In this document: positions 1 to 12,112 of the stretch, in pieces
How positions within the stretch are numbered: position 1 is the stretch's first letter
Layout of the letters: the number at the start of each line of letters is the position of its first letter
NCBI GenBank assembly: GCA_009103225.1
Contig: RHPI01003728.1
Span: forward strand, 183,174-247,173
Direction of reading: 5' to 3'
DNA from: Chlorokybus atmophyticus
Lineage: Eukaryota; Plantae; Mesostigma and Chlorokybus algae
Length of the DNA stretch: 64,000 nucleotides
Position numbers and translations under genes: made by a program
Notes under the pieces: model-generated
Told to the model about the DNA's origin: nothing
Seen by the model: only the letters and a program-made list of their open reading frames with translations
Databases searched by the model: none

Positions 1-178
1 CCTGCGAAGCTGTTATCTTCTGTGCTCGTTGTTGCCGCTGGCCTGTCTCTTGATGCTTGTTGTGCCAGTCTTTTAAGCTGCATGCACACAGCGCCGATAC
101 ACCAATCTAAACTGGACGTCGAACAACCTCCTTTTCAAGTCCGTGTCACACTAAAGGGTACCAATAGCTCACCCATCA

Positions 179-2663
179 TCAGACCGGTTCGCGCGGCATC
201 ATGCCACAACATGAAGCCGCACCACACAGGCAGGGGTTTGTGGGTTGAAGGTTGTCCCCAGCACATGATGTAATATCCCCGTAGCTCATGGTGAACTCCT
301 CCCCGCTGCGCACCCGCCTGCTGGCAACCAGCGCCACCGCCGGCACGGGCCAACCCCCGCACTCACGCACCAGCACCGCGGTCAGGTTGGGATCGCACGA
401 GTGGTTGATGAAGCGCGCCACGTTGCCGTACCTGCGGTGGACACATTCAGCGTGCGAGGATATCTGCACCAACGAAGCTGCATGATACGGAAACTGTGCG
501 TGCGCACACGCACACGTGTGCGTGCACACACGCACACGTGAGCGTGCCTACTTGTGCGTGTGCGTGTGCGTGTGCGTGTGCGTGTGCGTGCGTGTGTTTG
601 TGGGCATGCATGCGTGGTCATGGCGTGCAAGCATGTACATGTGTACATACCATGAATGGCATATGCATCGTGGCTGACATGTGCAAGGGTATGAATACAC
701 GTGTACGCATACACAGGCACACAACACAAGGACGAGGAGGTACTGACTGACATCTATCTCAACTGCACTGTAACTTGAACTGTTACCGTGTTGGATCTAT
801 GTTGATTCTTAGGCTGGCACCCCTGGAAGGCAACACCTCCCGCACCACCAACACGTACAGCATCCCTCTCGTGTCGTACTCCACTTGCCGACGCCGCTGC
901 TCCGGTGTTGTCAACAGCTCACCTGGCAGCAACACCCTGCCAACTGAGTCAAACAACACGATGCAATGCGCTAGGTCACCTCAGCATTTATACATACTCA
1001 TGTGTCAGTGTTCACAAATGCATGTGTGAACATCAACATACATACACATGCACATACACACGCAGATGCTGTTTGCAATCGTGTGCACATACACGTGAGC
1101 ACACGTGCACACCAGAGTGCTAATGATATGCGCCTGCAGCCACTAATCCAACCGACCTCTCACCGGCGTACTCGCACACAAACTGTCCCGCCTCCACCTC
1201 CTGCGCCGCATACAGGCCCCACCCTCTACTTTCATTGGCAGTCATGCGCACGCAGCACGCAACCGACAGGCCCCTCTGCGTGACGCGGTTGCGGCAGGAC
1301 TCGAGCGAGTTGAGACAACAACAGGCCGGCCCGCACTCCCGCAGCGATGGGAGAGAGCGCACGAGGGAGGAGGGGAAGAGGAGGCCGCATGGAGTGTAGT
1401 GTGGAACGCCGGAGGGAAAGCTTAGACACTCGCATGAGGAAGGTACGCAACCGTCCTGCATGAATGGGTCCACATTCACTGCACTTGCAATGCCTGACTA
1501 TTGTCGCGCTGCTGTTGATTCTGATATCATCTGCAGAACGCATATGATGCTATGTGTCCTTGTGATGTGCATCTTCAACCAACTGACGCTAGCCTAAGCT
1601 TGGGAGGCTATGCTTGGCGCAGCAGCAATCTTAGCAATAAAACTGACTTTGACGACAATGACGACAACGACGACGACGACAACAACAACAGCAACCATTC
1701 GTCACCTGGCATTGGCAACCATCGCCCGCTACAGTGCTATCCTTCTTTGGCAGCTCTTTGCCGCCAGCGAGCACGCAGCGTGTAACATAAGCTCCCCACA
1801 TCGGAGGATACCGCTCCGCGCTTTCATCATTGACGCAGCTGCATGAACTCAATTGGTTTCAGGAATGAGTGCAACGGGCGTGGGGGCCACTTATCAGACC
1901 ATGTTCAAGTCCATATGGTGCAAACGCTAGCACTTACCGCACGGGTATTGCCTCCAAGCCTGATGTGATGTCAGCAGCGCGCTCATCATGCAACGCACGC
2001 GCTGCATTGGCGAAGAGCCTGCTTTATATGTCTGTATGAGTGCATGTGAGCTCGTGTGCAATGCATACACATGGATATCTGCATGCGCGCATGCTAGCAT
2101 GTCTGTTCGTGCATATGTGCGTGTGTGGATGAGTACATCTCATGCCTTGTGGAGGCAAACCATGTGACTGCTAGCCAACAAGTTGGGGTTTGGTACACCA
2201 CTACTACACTGCGGCAGTGTGAAGCACACAACCTGTTCATGCATAACTACAGACAGTGCAATGACAGGCACCGCACTGGTGCCTTCTTACTTCCATGCCC
2301 TCAAGTCTGATATCTTCAAAAGCTGCGCCCATACATGACTGCCACCACGTTTGGTTGAACTCACAGACCGATGCTCGCATGCAGAAGCACTTAGGACAAT
2401 CTCACACAACTACAATGAAGACGGCGTGACACAGCAAGCAGCAGTTAATGTGCCCACTCATCACCATCGTCAACATTGCCGTAGTCACCTTACCTGCACG
2501 TCAACGCCGCCTGCGCGAGATCCTGGCGCTGGTCCAGCTGCGTCAGCACCCGCCGCCAAAGCTCCAGGGGAAGCAGCACGCTGGCTTCCTCCCCTCTTCC
2601 TACTGCTCCTCCTCCTCCACCTTGTCCTCCTCCGCTGCCGCCCATTACTTTCTGCGCCTTCAT
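179..2663 (-). CDS. SUVR3: SUVR3/SDG20-like histone-lysine N-methyltransferase (F-box-like N-terminus, pre-SET, SET, post-SET); 6 exons
   Basis: Phase-consistent exons 2663-2494, 2018-1938, 1838-1706, 1455-1164, 922-787, 431-179, all GT-AG. Motifs: DITSGLEAIPVRCVND, ECGPACCC..CRNRVTQRGL, RGWGLYAAQEVEAGQFVCEYAGELLTT, LRINIDPTRYGNVARFINHSCDPN, EEFTMSYG and post-SET CLCGAASCCG, matching plant SUVR3. Confidence 0.9.
553..596. repeat. (GTGTGC)n microsatellite in the last SUVR3 intron
   Basis: Direct read of tandem TGTGCG units. Confidence 0.9.
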
Positions 2664-3014
2664 TACCCCACCAACACTCTCACCCCGGCGGTAGTGACGA
2701 CGACGACGGAGGAGGAGGAGTTGTCGCTGGGAGGCAGCTACCAGGCGGAGTGGCTTACTGACTTGCAGCTTCCTGCTGTTCAAAGGGTTATGTTGTTGCT
2801 GGGGCGGGGGTTGCTCGGTGCATAGCAGTGACGAGGAGGAGCTGGAGCTAGAGGTTGAGCTGGTGGTTAAGCCTGAGGAGGACAGCACTCATAGCCGCTG
2901 CTACAGTACAAGTGCCTAGGCGTTTGCTGCTGGCCCCAACGCAAGCTTTATAGAGGCGTCGTGAAAAGGCCGACAAAGGGGCGAAACAGCGAGCTGGATA
3001 TTTCATCAGAGCTG

Positions 3015-3861
3015 ATGAACAGGCTGGCTGTCTTCGCTGTGTTCTGCGCCATTGCTAGCTTCCCCGGGGTAAGCAGCTACGCAACAACACAATAAACTAC
3101 CAAGAGAAATGTACATACTCCGAGTACTAAGCACCAGCAGCAATGCACAGTCCAGAAGTTGTTTTCGCTGTTCGTGTTGCCTTCTTGTGTGCCCAACTCT
3201 GACGTAGTGCTCCCAGCTTGCTGTATGCAGGTGTTGCATAATACTGCTGAACGCCATGTGACCAGCCTGCTGCTGTGTCTCAGCTGTGTCAGCATTTGGC
3301 ATGCCCAGGGCAACTGTAGTAGTACACGCGCATGTAGGCCAGCAGACAGCGCGCGCATATCTGCCTGGCTGCTGGCCATACACGCGCATAGGGCCTATGT
3401 GCGTGTACCACTGCGAGGAGATATAAAAGCATGCAACTCTCAACAATTACTACACAAGTAGCTAAAGCCAGTAGGTATAACTGCAGACACAGTGTACACT
3501 TGAGGCCGTATGCAGCACGCACATACAGGCCATGAAGGCAAACACAAGACAAGATTATGTGACAAAGTCGGTCCCACCACACACTTGCAGGGTGTTTGTG
3601 GGACTGTCCTCTTTACACACAAACAGGATGACTGGATTGAATTAATGTTGTTGTTGTTTCTTCATGATCTGCAAGGACAACACCTGCAACGATGATTGTG
3701 TTGGCCAACAGGTGCTGTATTTCTTCGAGGTGGTACCGGCGCAAGTGTGCATAGGGTTGGTGATGGCGCTGACTCTTGCTGCTCGCATCTTCATACCCAT
3801 GGCTATCTCAGACAGCGAGCACAAGGCCGACAGCAAGGCAGTCACCAAGAAGCAGCAGTGA
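3015..3861 (+). CDS. Putative small ER membrane protein with C-terminal di-lysine (KKXX) motif; internal exons unresolved
   Basis: Exon 3015-3068 (MNRLAVFAVFCAIASFPG) ends at donor GTAAGC. Terminal exon ~3712-3861 reads VLYFFEVVPAQVCIGLVMALTLAARIFIPMAISDSEHKADSKAVTKKQQ* (hydrophobic segment, coding-like codon usage, KKQQ end). Divergent from SUVR3. Middle exon(s) not established. Confidence 0.4.
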
Positions 3862-4032
3862 AAAATAACGAGCTAAGTCTAGTCAAAGTGGTGTCAAAGT
3901 AGAGTGAATGCATCTATGGAACTTGGTAAGCACTCCACACTACATTCGTATAGCTCTACCTTGGCCCCCGCCTAATCTATTTGCTTGCTTGCATGTGTGG
4001 ATGCTTGTGCCATGTGTTTGCACGCCTTTTGT

Positions 4033-4138
4033 TCTCAGAGTGTGCTTGTGCTGTAAGTGATACGTGCACAAAAGGCAGTGTGGGGTCTCAGAGTGTGCTT
4101 GTGCTATAAGTGATACGTACACAAAAGGCAATGTGGGG
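4033..4138. repeat. Tandem duplication, 2 x 53 bp
   Basis: TCTCAGAGTGTGCTTGTGCT(G/A)TAAGTGATACGT(G/A)CACAAAAGGCA(G/A)TGTGGGG at 4033-4085 and 4086-4138; 3 mismatches. Confidence 0.95.
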
Positions 4139-4598
4139 TGGGGCGCATGCATAGTACATGTACATGGGTGCATATAGCGCACTATGGAACTTGTCACAAG
4201 GCGTGCTCATGCTGACTGCAATGCATTTCGGGCATAACTTTGTGTTTGCATTTTCCCCATGTGCTGTGCAAAGGAAAGGAAATGGTGACGACAACTGGCA
4301 GTGCTGTCAGGCGCTGCATTCTGGTGTATTGTCAACTTACTGCGGTATTGTTGCCAAGCTCAACTGCAGCTTACCATGCACAACCTGAAAACAGAGCAAG
4401 ATATCGCCCAAACAGGCCCAGCATGGCATCGACATTGTGTGGTGAAGGCGTTTTGATTGAGTAATTGATTGATTGATCTGCTGGAAAGCTTGCGCAGTTT
4501 ACACAAGTCTTGGGATGGTGTTTCTACTGTTACAACTCTAGTATATGTTACAAAAAGGCAGCACTTTACAGGCTGCACAAACATGGCAGGGCGGTGTT

Positions 4599-6250
4599 TC
4601 ACCAGATGTAGTCAGACACATTCGCTTGGGAGAAGATCAACCAGGAACCATTCACTTTCCTCCAAAAGCAGAGGTACCTGATGTCCGCAACAGAGTCTCG
4701 CAATGATAATCTATGTGACAGCATGCCATGTGCGAGCAGCCCGGAAACGCGTAAGCAACAAGCAACAATATAATGTGCAAATCAGTGCTCACCTTCCGAG
4801 ATCAACCGTGTTGCCCTGTTCGCTGACAGTCTGGTATGAGCCACGCTCTAAGGCGGCGGTGGCGTTCTCAAGAGGTATCAACTGCATGATGCCACGAAAG
4901 TCAACAGCAGCGTTCTTGAAATGTGATTGTAACTGTGTAATTTATGTCAAGTGATTTTATGCATGCAACAAGCAGTTCCCACCTCATCAATGCTGACTTG
5001 GGAGTTCACGGCACCGCTGTGCCTGGCATACTCTGTGCTGAACTTGATTAGATCTGAAACAACAGACAAAGCTTGGTAAAAGGTTGAACTTAGGGCACCC
5101 TTGCTGATGGGCAGGCACCCCTTGCAAACAACTGAAGCAAACATCCACAAACAGCACACCTTCCCGCCCTGCGATGACATCTCGCCCACTAACCAGCAAG
5201 CGGCAGTCCTGTTGAGCATAATAGCCAAGATTGGCGAATGGCGGCAACAACTACATAATGCGCAATTGCAGTGTAGTTGTTGCAATGCCGTGTCTGAGCA
5301 AGAAACAGGTCCGATGAAAATAAACTAAGCAAAGTGACATGTATGCTTCTCTCGACTGCTGGACATGGTAGCCATACCTCAGTGAAGTACGACGCAAACT
5401 CGGTCCACCTCTGCTTTGAGAGTGCGGTGCACAAGGCATCATTGACATTCTGTATCTCCTCGTACAGCTTGGCCGCGTCAGTTCCTTGCAGCTGGTGCAT
5501 TGAACACAAGGCTGATCACAAACAGGCCAACAGAATGCAGCAATCCTTCATGCATGCACATAATACGCGCTAAGCTGAAGGACTGACCAGTTTGGCTGAA
5601 GCTGAGAGCCAGCACCACAAGTGCAGCGCCGCCACCAGCAACAACAACGTCAGCTGACAGCTCACAAAGGGTTTTACAGCTGGCGTGAGCAACTGTGAGG
5701 AACAATAAATCAACCAGAAAACTCACCGACAGCACCGCCGACGCCTGCGGCGACCAGCAGCGCACGCCTGCTATGGTCTGAGTTGTCTGTGGAGGACGCC
5801 ATGGCAACCTGTTCTTCATAGTAGCTGCATAGAAGCATTGCATGCAAAGCCCGTCACCAAAGTGACAGATTAGACATGCAAAAAAATCCGCCCAACCCAG
5901 ATAGACAGCAAATATGGGGCCCTTGGCAGAAGGGTTGTCAAACGACAGCTCCCATTGCTGCTTACCCGTCGGTAGCAGCTGCAGTGGATGCACACATGCG
6001 AACGGCTTGCCGGCCTGGCCATGCAATCAGTTGAGCAGTCGAGCCACCAGACTCAATAACACAAGGCAGTAAGCGACCAGCTTGCAAGCAACATACCTGC
6101 ATGGCGCAAAGCAGCTGGCAAGCTGCGGGGGACGAGAGGCGCAGCTGGGCGCTGTTTCAGACCATCAGACTGCAACGAACGGCCCTTCTTGAATCTGATA
6201 GCAGGCAGAGCTGCGCATGACGACAACGACGAAGCCACCACCGCCGCCAT
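4599..6250 (-). CDS. Plastid-targeted SnoaL/DUF4440 (NTF2-like fold) protein with twin-arginine-like hydrophobic segment
   Basis: Phase-consistent splicing gives an S/A/R-rich transit-like N-terminus, SRRALLVAAGVGGAVADVVVAGGGAALVVLAL, then EEIQNVNDALCTALSKQRWTEFASYFTEDCRLLVSGRDVIAGRE...ALERGSYQTVSEQGNTVDLGRYLCFWRKVNGSWLIFSQANVSD. This is the typical DUF4440 pattern. Confidence 0.75.
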
Positions 6251-7011
6251 CGTACCGCTAACCTTTGCCCTCAACAACCTCGCCGCCCCGTAACGCAGAA
6301 CGTAACTCACCTAGCAGGTTACAGTATGCGATACGTGTTCTGATACGCATACCGTACCAGAGCGTCTTTAAGTTACCAATGGTCAATATCAACTCCAAGC
6401 TGCGACAATCGGCGGCCAGCATTTGATATCTGTGGCGCCATGCGCCTCTTGAGTTTCAGCAGCGAAATGCCCGTCCGCGTATAGCGGCGCTACGTAGTGC
6501 GGAATGTGCAACGCGCGCGCGCGTCTCTGCCAAGCAAGAAAGTGTGAGCGACAACCGCTTGCTCAGAACAAACGCTTCTTCAGCTGAGCGTGTGCAACGT
6601 TTGGTTGTTGTGGCAGCGTTTTCTGCTTGGTGAGACGGCGCCGCGCGCTGCGAGCTAGCCGGGGTGTCCCGCGGTGGGGCATCGCAGCCAACGTGATTTT
6701 CCGATCGCTGCTGCGAGTGACTCATCCGTTTTCTGGTGTGTGTTTGGCGGTTTCTCGAAACGTGGTCGCGATATCCGCTTGCTGAGTGTGATATAGCGCT
6801 CATCTGCCCACGTCGATATACTGCTCAGCGTTGCGCTCGCCTGTGGCGGGAGCGTGTTCGAGGCATTGGCGGGCGCGGCGGCGGCGGCGGCGGCGGCAGG
6901 CGCGGAGGGGAGGTTATTGTAGGCGTGGGAGCGTAGCATCAAGTCACTTAGGAGGTATTTTCCACCGCCGCCGCCGTTGCAGTGGGGAATAGAATAGAGT
7001 CGCCTGGCGCA

Positions 7012-7890
7012 ATGGCTTCGCGTGCAGAAAGGGCCGCCAAGAGGGCTAAGGTTGCTGAGGTACGTTTTGCTCTCCCCCCGCCGCTGGGCTTAGACCGTGC
7101 CGTGTTGTTGTTATTTGTGGCAATGTCTACGGGCTTCTGCAGCCATTGTTATGGGCTGCATGCCGTGAGGCACCCTGCCGCACATGGCTAAAATCTGTTT
7201 GCCGCGTCCATTTGCATTACGTACCAAAGCGTTACCTCTGAGCTCTCAAGTCCCGCAAAAACTACTGCATTGTCGTTGTGGCATTGCTTGAGTGTATGTA
7301 TGAGCATGCACTGAGGATGCTGGCAGGGGCAGGACGGTATCCCAATTTCGCCGTCGCCCAAGAAGACGAAGAGGACGCCTTCAAAAGTTGAGGCGGCCGC
7401 CGAGGCTCCTGCAGCTGACGGTGCAGAGGTGGAAGTCAACGTGATTTCTGGGAAGGAGGAGACCACCAAGAAGGACGTGGAGATGATTCAGGCTGACAAT
7501 GGCGACAAGCCTGCCGCCATTGCGGAAGAACAAGCAGCCAAGTCTGTAGATGTAAAGCCCTCAGAAGAAGAAAACAAGCCTGCAGAGGAGGACAAGCCTG
7601 CTGCCGTTGATGCTGCTGAGGAAGTGAAGCCCTCAGAAGAAAGTAAGCCCGCGGAAGAAAGCAAGCCTGCTGCGGCAGAAGCTGCGCCTGCCGAGCCAAA
7701 GGAGACAGCAGCTGAGGAGCCTGCTGCTGTTGCTGCTGCTGAAGAGAAGCCTGCCGCTGAGGCTGCTGCCCAGGAAGAGAAGCCTGCTGAGTCTGTCGCT
7801 GCTAGCGAGGAGAAGCCTGCAGAGGCGAAGTCTGCGGAGGAGAAGCCTGTAGAGGAGAAGCTTGCAGAGGCTGTCGCTCAGGACAGCTAG
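7012..7890 (+). CDS. Acidic Ala/Glu/Lys/Pro-rich low-complexity protein (about 200 aa, 2 exons)
   Basis: ATG 7012 MASRAERAAKRAKVAE, donor GTACGT at 7060, acceptor at 7326 or 7332 (both in frame), then an open frame to TAG 7890 with EEKPAE/EESKPA repeats and SPSPKKTKRTPSK. Confidence 0.8.
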
Positions 7891-10800
7891 GTAGGTACAT
7901 AGATAGAGTTAATCAGCTGCTTTGCCATATCTCAGTATATAAGAACTGTCATCCTTTTCGCGCTTTGATTCTGGTCAAAGCAGGAGGTTTTTGTGCAGGA
8001 TTGGTTCACCTCACCATACCCGTAGGTGGTGATAGGTGCACTGCAAAGTGACATGATGAGTTTATAAACCTCTTTATGCGCTAGCCATTCATTCACTGTC
8101 ACTGAACTTGCTGCCAGGTGAGTGCAATGTCACAATTGGTAAAATAAGTGATGCACCCAAGAGTCTCTCGAGTACGCGGTCGTCTGGTTCAATTTGCTTG
8201 TTCAAAAAAGTTTGTAAGCGTTGCCTACATTCCAACACGTTGTAGCAGGCAACCAATGATTATCAGCTGTCAACCATGCTAGATTGTGATGAAGACATGA
8301 ATGAGAACTAGACAAGACCCACTCAAAGTGCGATGCAACTTGTGCTATACTGGTGGCGCAATGAATGAGATAATCAGAAACGGCCAACGCTCACAATCAC
8401 ACATCAATTGCCGTAACGGATGTAACACAACTCTCATAAGAATTGTGTTGTGGAAGCAAGCTCAAGGGCAAACACACGTGCACCACACATGGGTAGTGGT
8501 ACAGTGAGTAAGTAGAGAGTTGTGCCCAGTGGTGGCTGTTGGCATGTGGCGCATGCTGAACGTGTGTAGCGCATCTATATATTGCATGTGCGCAATACCG
8601 GTATCCATTTTTATACACGGTCAGAAGGCAAGGTAAGGTGGATCATGTGGGGGCCCAAATAGAGCTTGATGACGGACAACCATTTAGACAACCATTTAGA
8701 CGAAAGGCTTTGGAATACTGACCCTCAGGCCACGGCATGCATTAGCAAGCAGAGTAGCATCGCAGCAAGGGACAACCTGCAGAGCGCAAGGAGAAGGCAA
8801 AGGAAGAGGTTACATTCGGTGGTCCAACATGAGCGGCAGCACGCACAACGATGTTGACATTGACGATCACATTTGCTTGAAGCAAGCTGAGCCCTCACAC
8901 GCTTTAATACAATTGCTACAAGCTCACATGCATATAATGTCATAACTTGTGACACACCATTACCGAATCATGTCGTGCTACGCATGACGTAGGACATCAA
9001 TCAGAATTGATGTAAAGTGGTTGTTATCAAGATATTGATATGCTAGCTTAACGAAACTAGTGTAATGTTAAAAGGTGTAACTTGTTATAAAAACTTACAT
9101 TTGCATATGTGAAATGGAGATAACTCTTATATGATGCTATGCACTATGCACCCTATGCACTGCATTCATTCACACACATGATGCCATCAAACGTATACAG
9201 AAAGCACGTTAGGGTTGGACCGGCAAACACGCAGTCATGCACAACAATATTAACTTCACTAGTAACACGCAAAAGGCTCCCAAACTTCCTAACGTGGGAA
9301 ACGACACCCAATTTTGCACAACACCAGCTTGCACACCCGCACTCACCAGGCAGATACCGTCACAGCCAGCCATACTACGTATAGGCTATGCAAATTCTAA
9401 TCACCTTAATGATCATCACTTATCACCTCTATGTGCAAGCAAGCATGAGCTTGATTGCATGTCGAGGTAACCATTGAGCGAACAAATTTGACATTATATT
9501 TTGTGCTTTATGATGTGGATATTCGATTAATTGATCTCACATGCATATATATTATAACAGCTAACTTATGTCATCACGTGCTATAGCGTATATGTAACTT
9601 TATTTAAATATTTAAAGATAATATGAATCATGAAACGAACAAGCATAATAGCATGAATGTTACAACTTTCAATGGTACGTGCCGATATGTCGATTTTTCT
9701 CGTTATGAAACCTTTGACATGGGTGGGTTGCTTTTTGCGTTTTTTTGCACTGTTGTCACAGTCAGGATATTCAAGGTATATAAGGACACGTAATTGTACA
9801 TGCAGCGATGGCCCATGCTAGCTGTGTACATGTGGCGCAACTCTTGAATATTTTATGTGCTACATCAAGCACACGCACCGAATATGAAGTAATCTTGCTT
9901 GTACATAAAACCATAAAGACCATCATATAATAATCATTTCCAACTTAGCATATGTTGATCAAGTGATATGTTACTAGTCTGATCAACGTGATATGCACTG
10001 GATAGAAAAATTGTCAAATATACATGTGTATAAAACTTACGACCAAGTGAGACGTGATTCCACCAACGATTTGGTCACATTTTGCTTGGTCGTAAATGGT
10101 AACAATTGTGCCGCATATTTTGATACAAGGCGCTGTCATTTCTTGACAATTATTGTTGAATTTTATGTTTCTGTTTACCCCCCCCCTCCCCCCCCCCAAA
10201 ATGAGCAATGCATAAACTGTGGTTGGCAATGGTTGAAATCGTAAAGTTGTACGCTTAATGTATGGTAACAATATTGCTCAGTAGCCGGCGGCGGCTGTCG
10301 TGGCTTGCCAACGGTGTAATAAAAGCAGCTCACATGCAACAAATATTTAACCATGACGCTCAATTGTTGCCATCACTGCATGCATAACGTAAAAGAGAGG
10401 GTCCCCCAGTAGTAGACACACACAAGCAAGCACACACATCATATCATCATGCACAACAAGCAATTTATAATGCAACACAAACCCTAGGGCTATGGGGGCT
10501 GGCTAGCTAAGTGCACGCCAAACAATTGGGAGGGTTGCTGATAGCAGCAGGCGCATCAGTTGTACCTGCAGAGTATGGCGTAGAAACAACAGGAGAGGGA
10601 GAGGAAAAGGGTTAGGCCCTGACTCGAACTGACCAGAACCACGATCATACGACTAGCCCCCTCACCACCAATTGCTTGCCGTTGTGATACAGCCATGCAA
10701 CTCACAACTCGGCTGCAGGCCATTTTAGTAGCCGTTAGACATACAAGTAGGGCAAGCAGGGCACAATTCATGCAATATCAGCGGGCATGAAATGCTCCCC

Positions 10801-12112
10801 ACCGTTGTGTGCATACATACTTACCTCCCTTATTCACTTACCAGTGTCATCCAACCTGCGGTGTTGCTGTAGCTGATGCAATTGCCTGAAATAAGTGCCT
10901 ACAAGTGCCATCAAACACAAATCCTGGCCTCGACCACAGCACAGCACGTAATGAGACAGAAATGTTCTCATGTCGTAGCTCATAGCCTGCATGTTGTGAG
11001 GAGCCTTGTGATTTCTTCTATTTCTTCTGGAAGTGAGCACGACATGTGACAATCCTCAGGAACCAAAAGCTCTGCAACACCACCACATTTTTGCTTGATA
11101 GCCCGTGCAACGTTTGTAGCTGGATGTGGTGCTCTCATGGTGTCCGTCCGACGGACACGCAATGGGGACCCCCGGCAAATGCTGGCTCTCTCCCCTTACT
11201 GTACAAGCGCGTGATCACACCAATATAGCTGCAGTGCATCACTGCATGAAAACCAACAGTATTGGTGAACAGACTTTGCCATTGTGGCTCACGAGCATAG
11301 CTTGTACCCAATCACAAGCTACGCACATTGAGGGTATTGGGCAGGCAAACCGAACAACGTTAAGCAGGTAGCAAGCATTGATGCCACCTGCCAGCGCATG
11401 AGTGGCCGGGGCCCTCAGCAGAACTACACTTGTGATGGAACGAGCAAGATATCGACCAAGCCAGCTCCTCACCTACACAAGCGCCACATTAGGCAAGTTG
11501 CCTTGGGGCAACTTAATATGGCGTTCGCTTGGGTTTGATGGGTTGAGGTCAACTCCCTGCCAAGCATTTCACAAAATGCAACTTCAAGCTTGCAAGACCT
11601 TTTTCATTTTCAAAGTGACCAATCCGGTAGATAAACTCCCAGCGATGCACTAATACGCAGTCAATGTAGCCACGGCATATATGGGGTTCACGTTGGAGCC
11701 GGGGCCAACCTAGCTCATTTGTTAAGGTACATGTATCTTAAGCCAGGCAACATAGAGTATAGCATTGCAAAACAAAAGCGGCCACATGCGTTGTCATACA
11801 CACACACACTCAGCCAAGCAAGGACAAGCACAACCATGGCAAATACAACCATGGCAACATGAAGCTATTGACCAATGCCAACTGCATTTGTCTTGCCCTC
11901 GTGTCAAGGTGCGTGCATACTATAAGATATCCAGCGCTAACTATGTACATACTCCACAGCATCCATCCCTACCGCATGCCCAAGGGCAAGTGTCTCTGAA
12001 CCTTGCATTGCTGAAATGGCGAAGGCTTAGACACAGGTGCCATTGCGCTGCAAGCAGCATGATACATAATTACCATCCGCCTGCTACCCTTCGCAGTCCT
12101 GAGAAGCTGGCT

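Noticed and set aside
8053-8110. Box C/D snoRNA candidate (ATGATGA...CTGA)
   Set aside because: Terminal stem is out of register for a k-turn, it lies in a 3' UTR, and no guide target could be verified.
10479-10487. AAACCCTAG as a telomere remnant or promoter telo-box
   Set aside because: Single unit in a probable 3' region, not an array; expected by chance.
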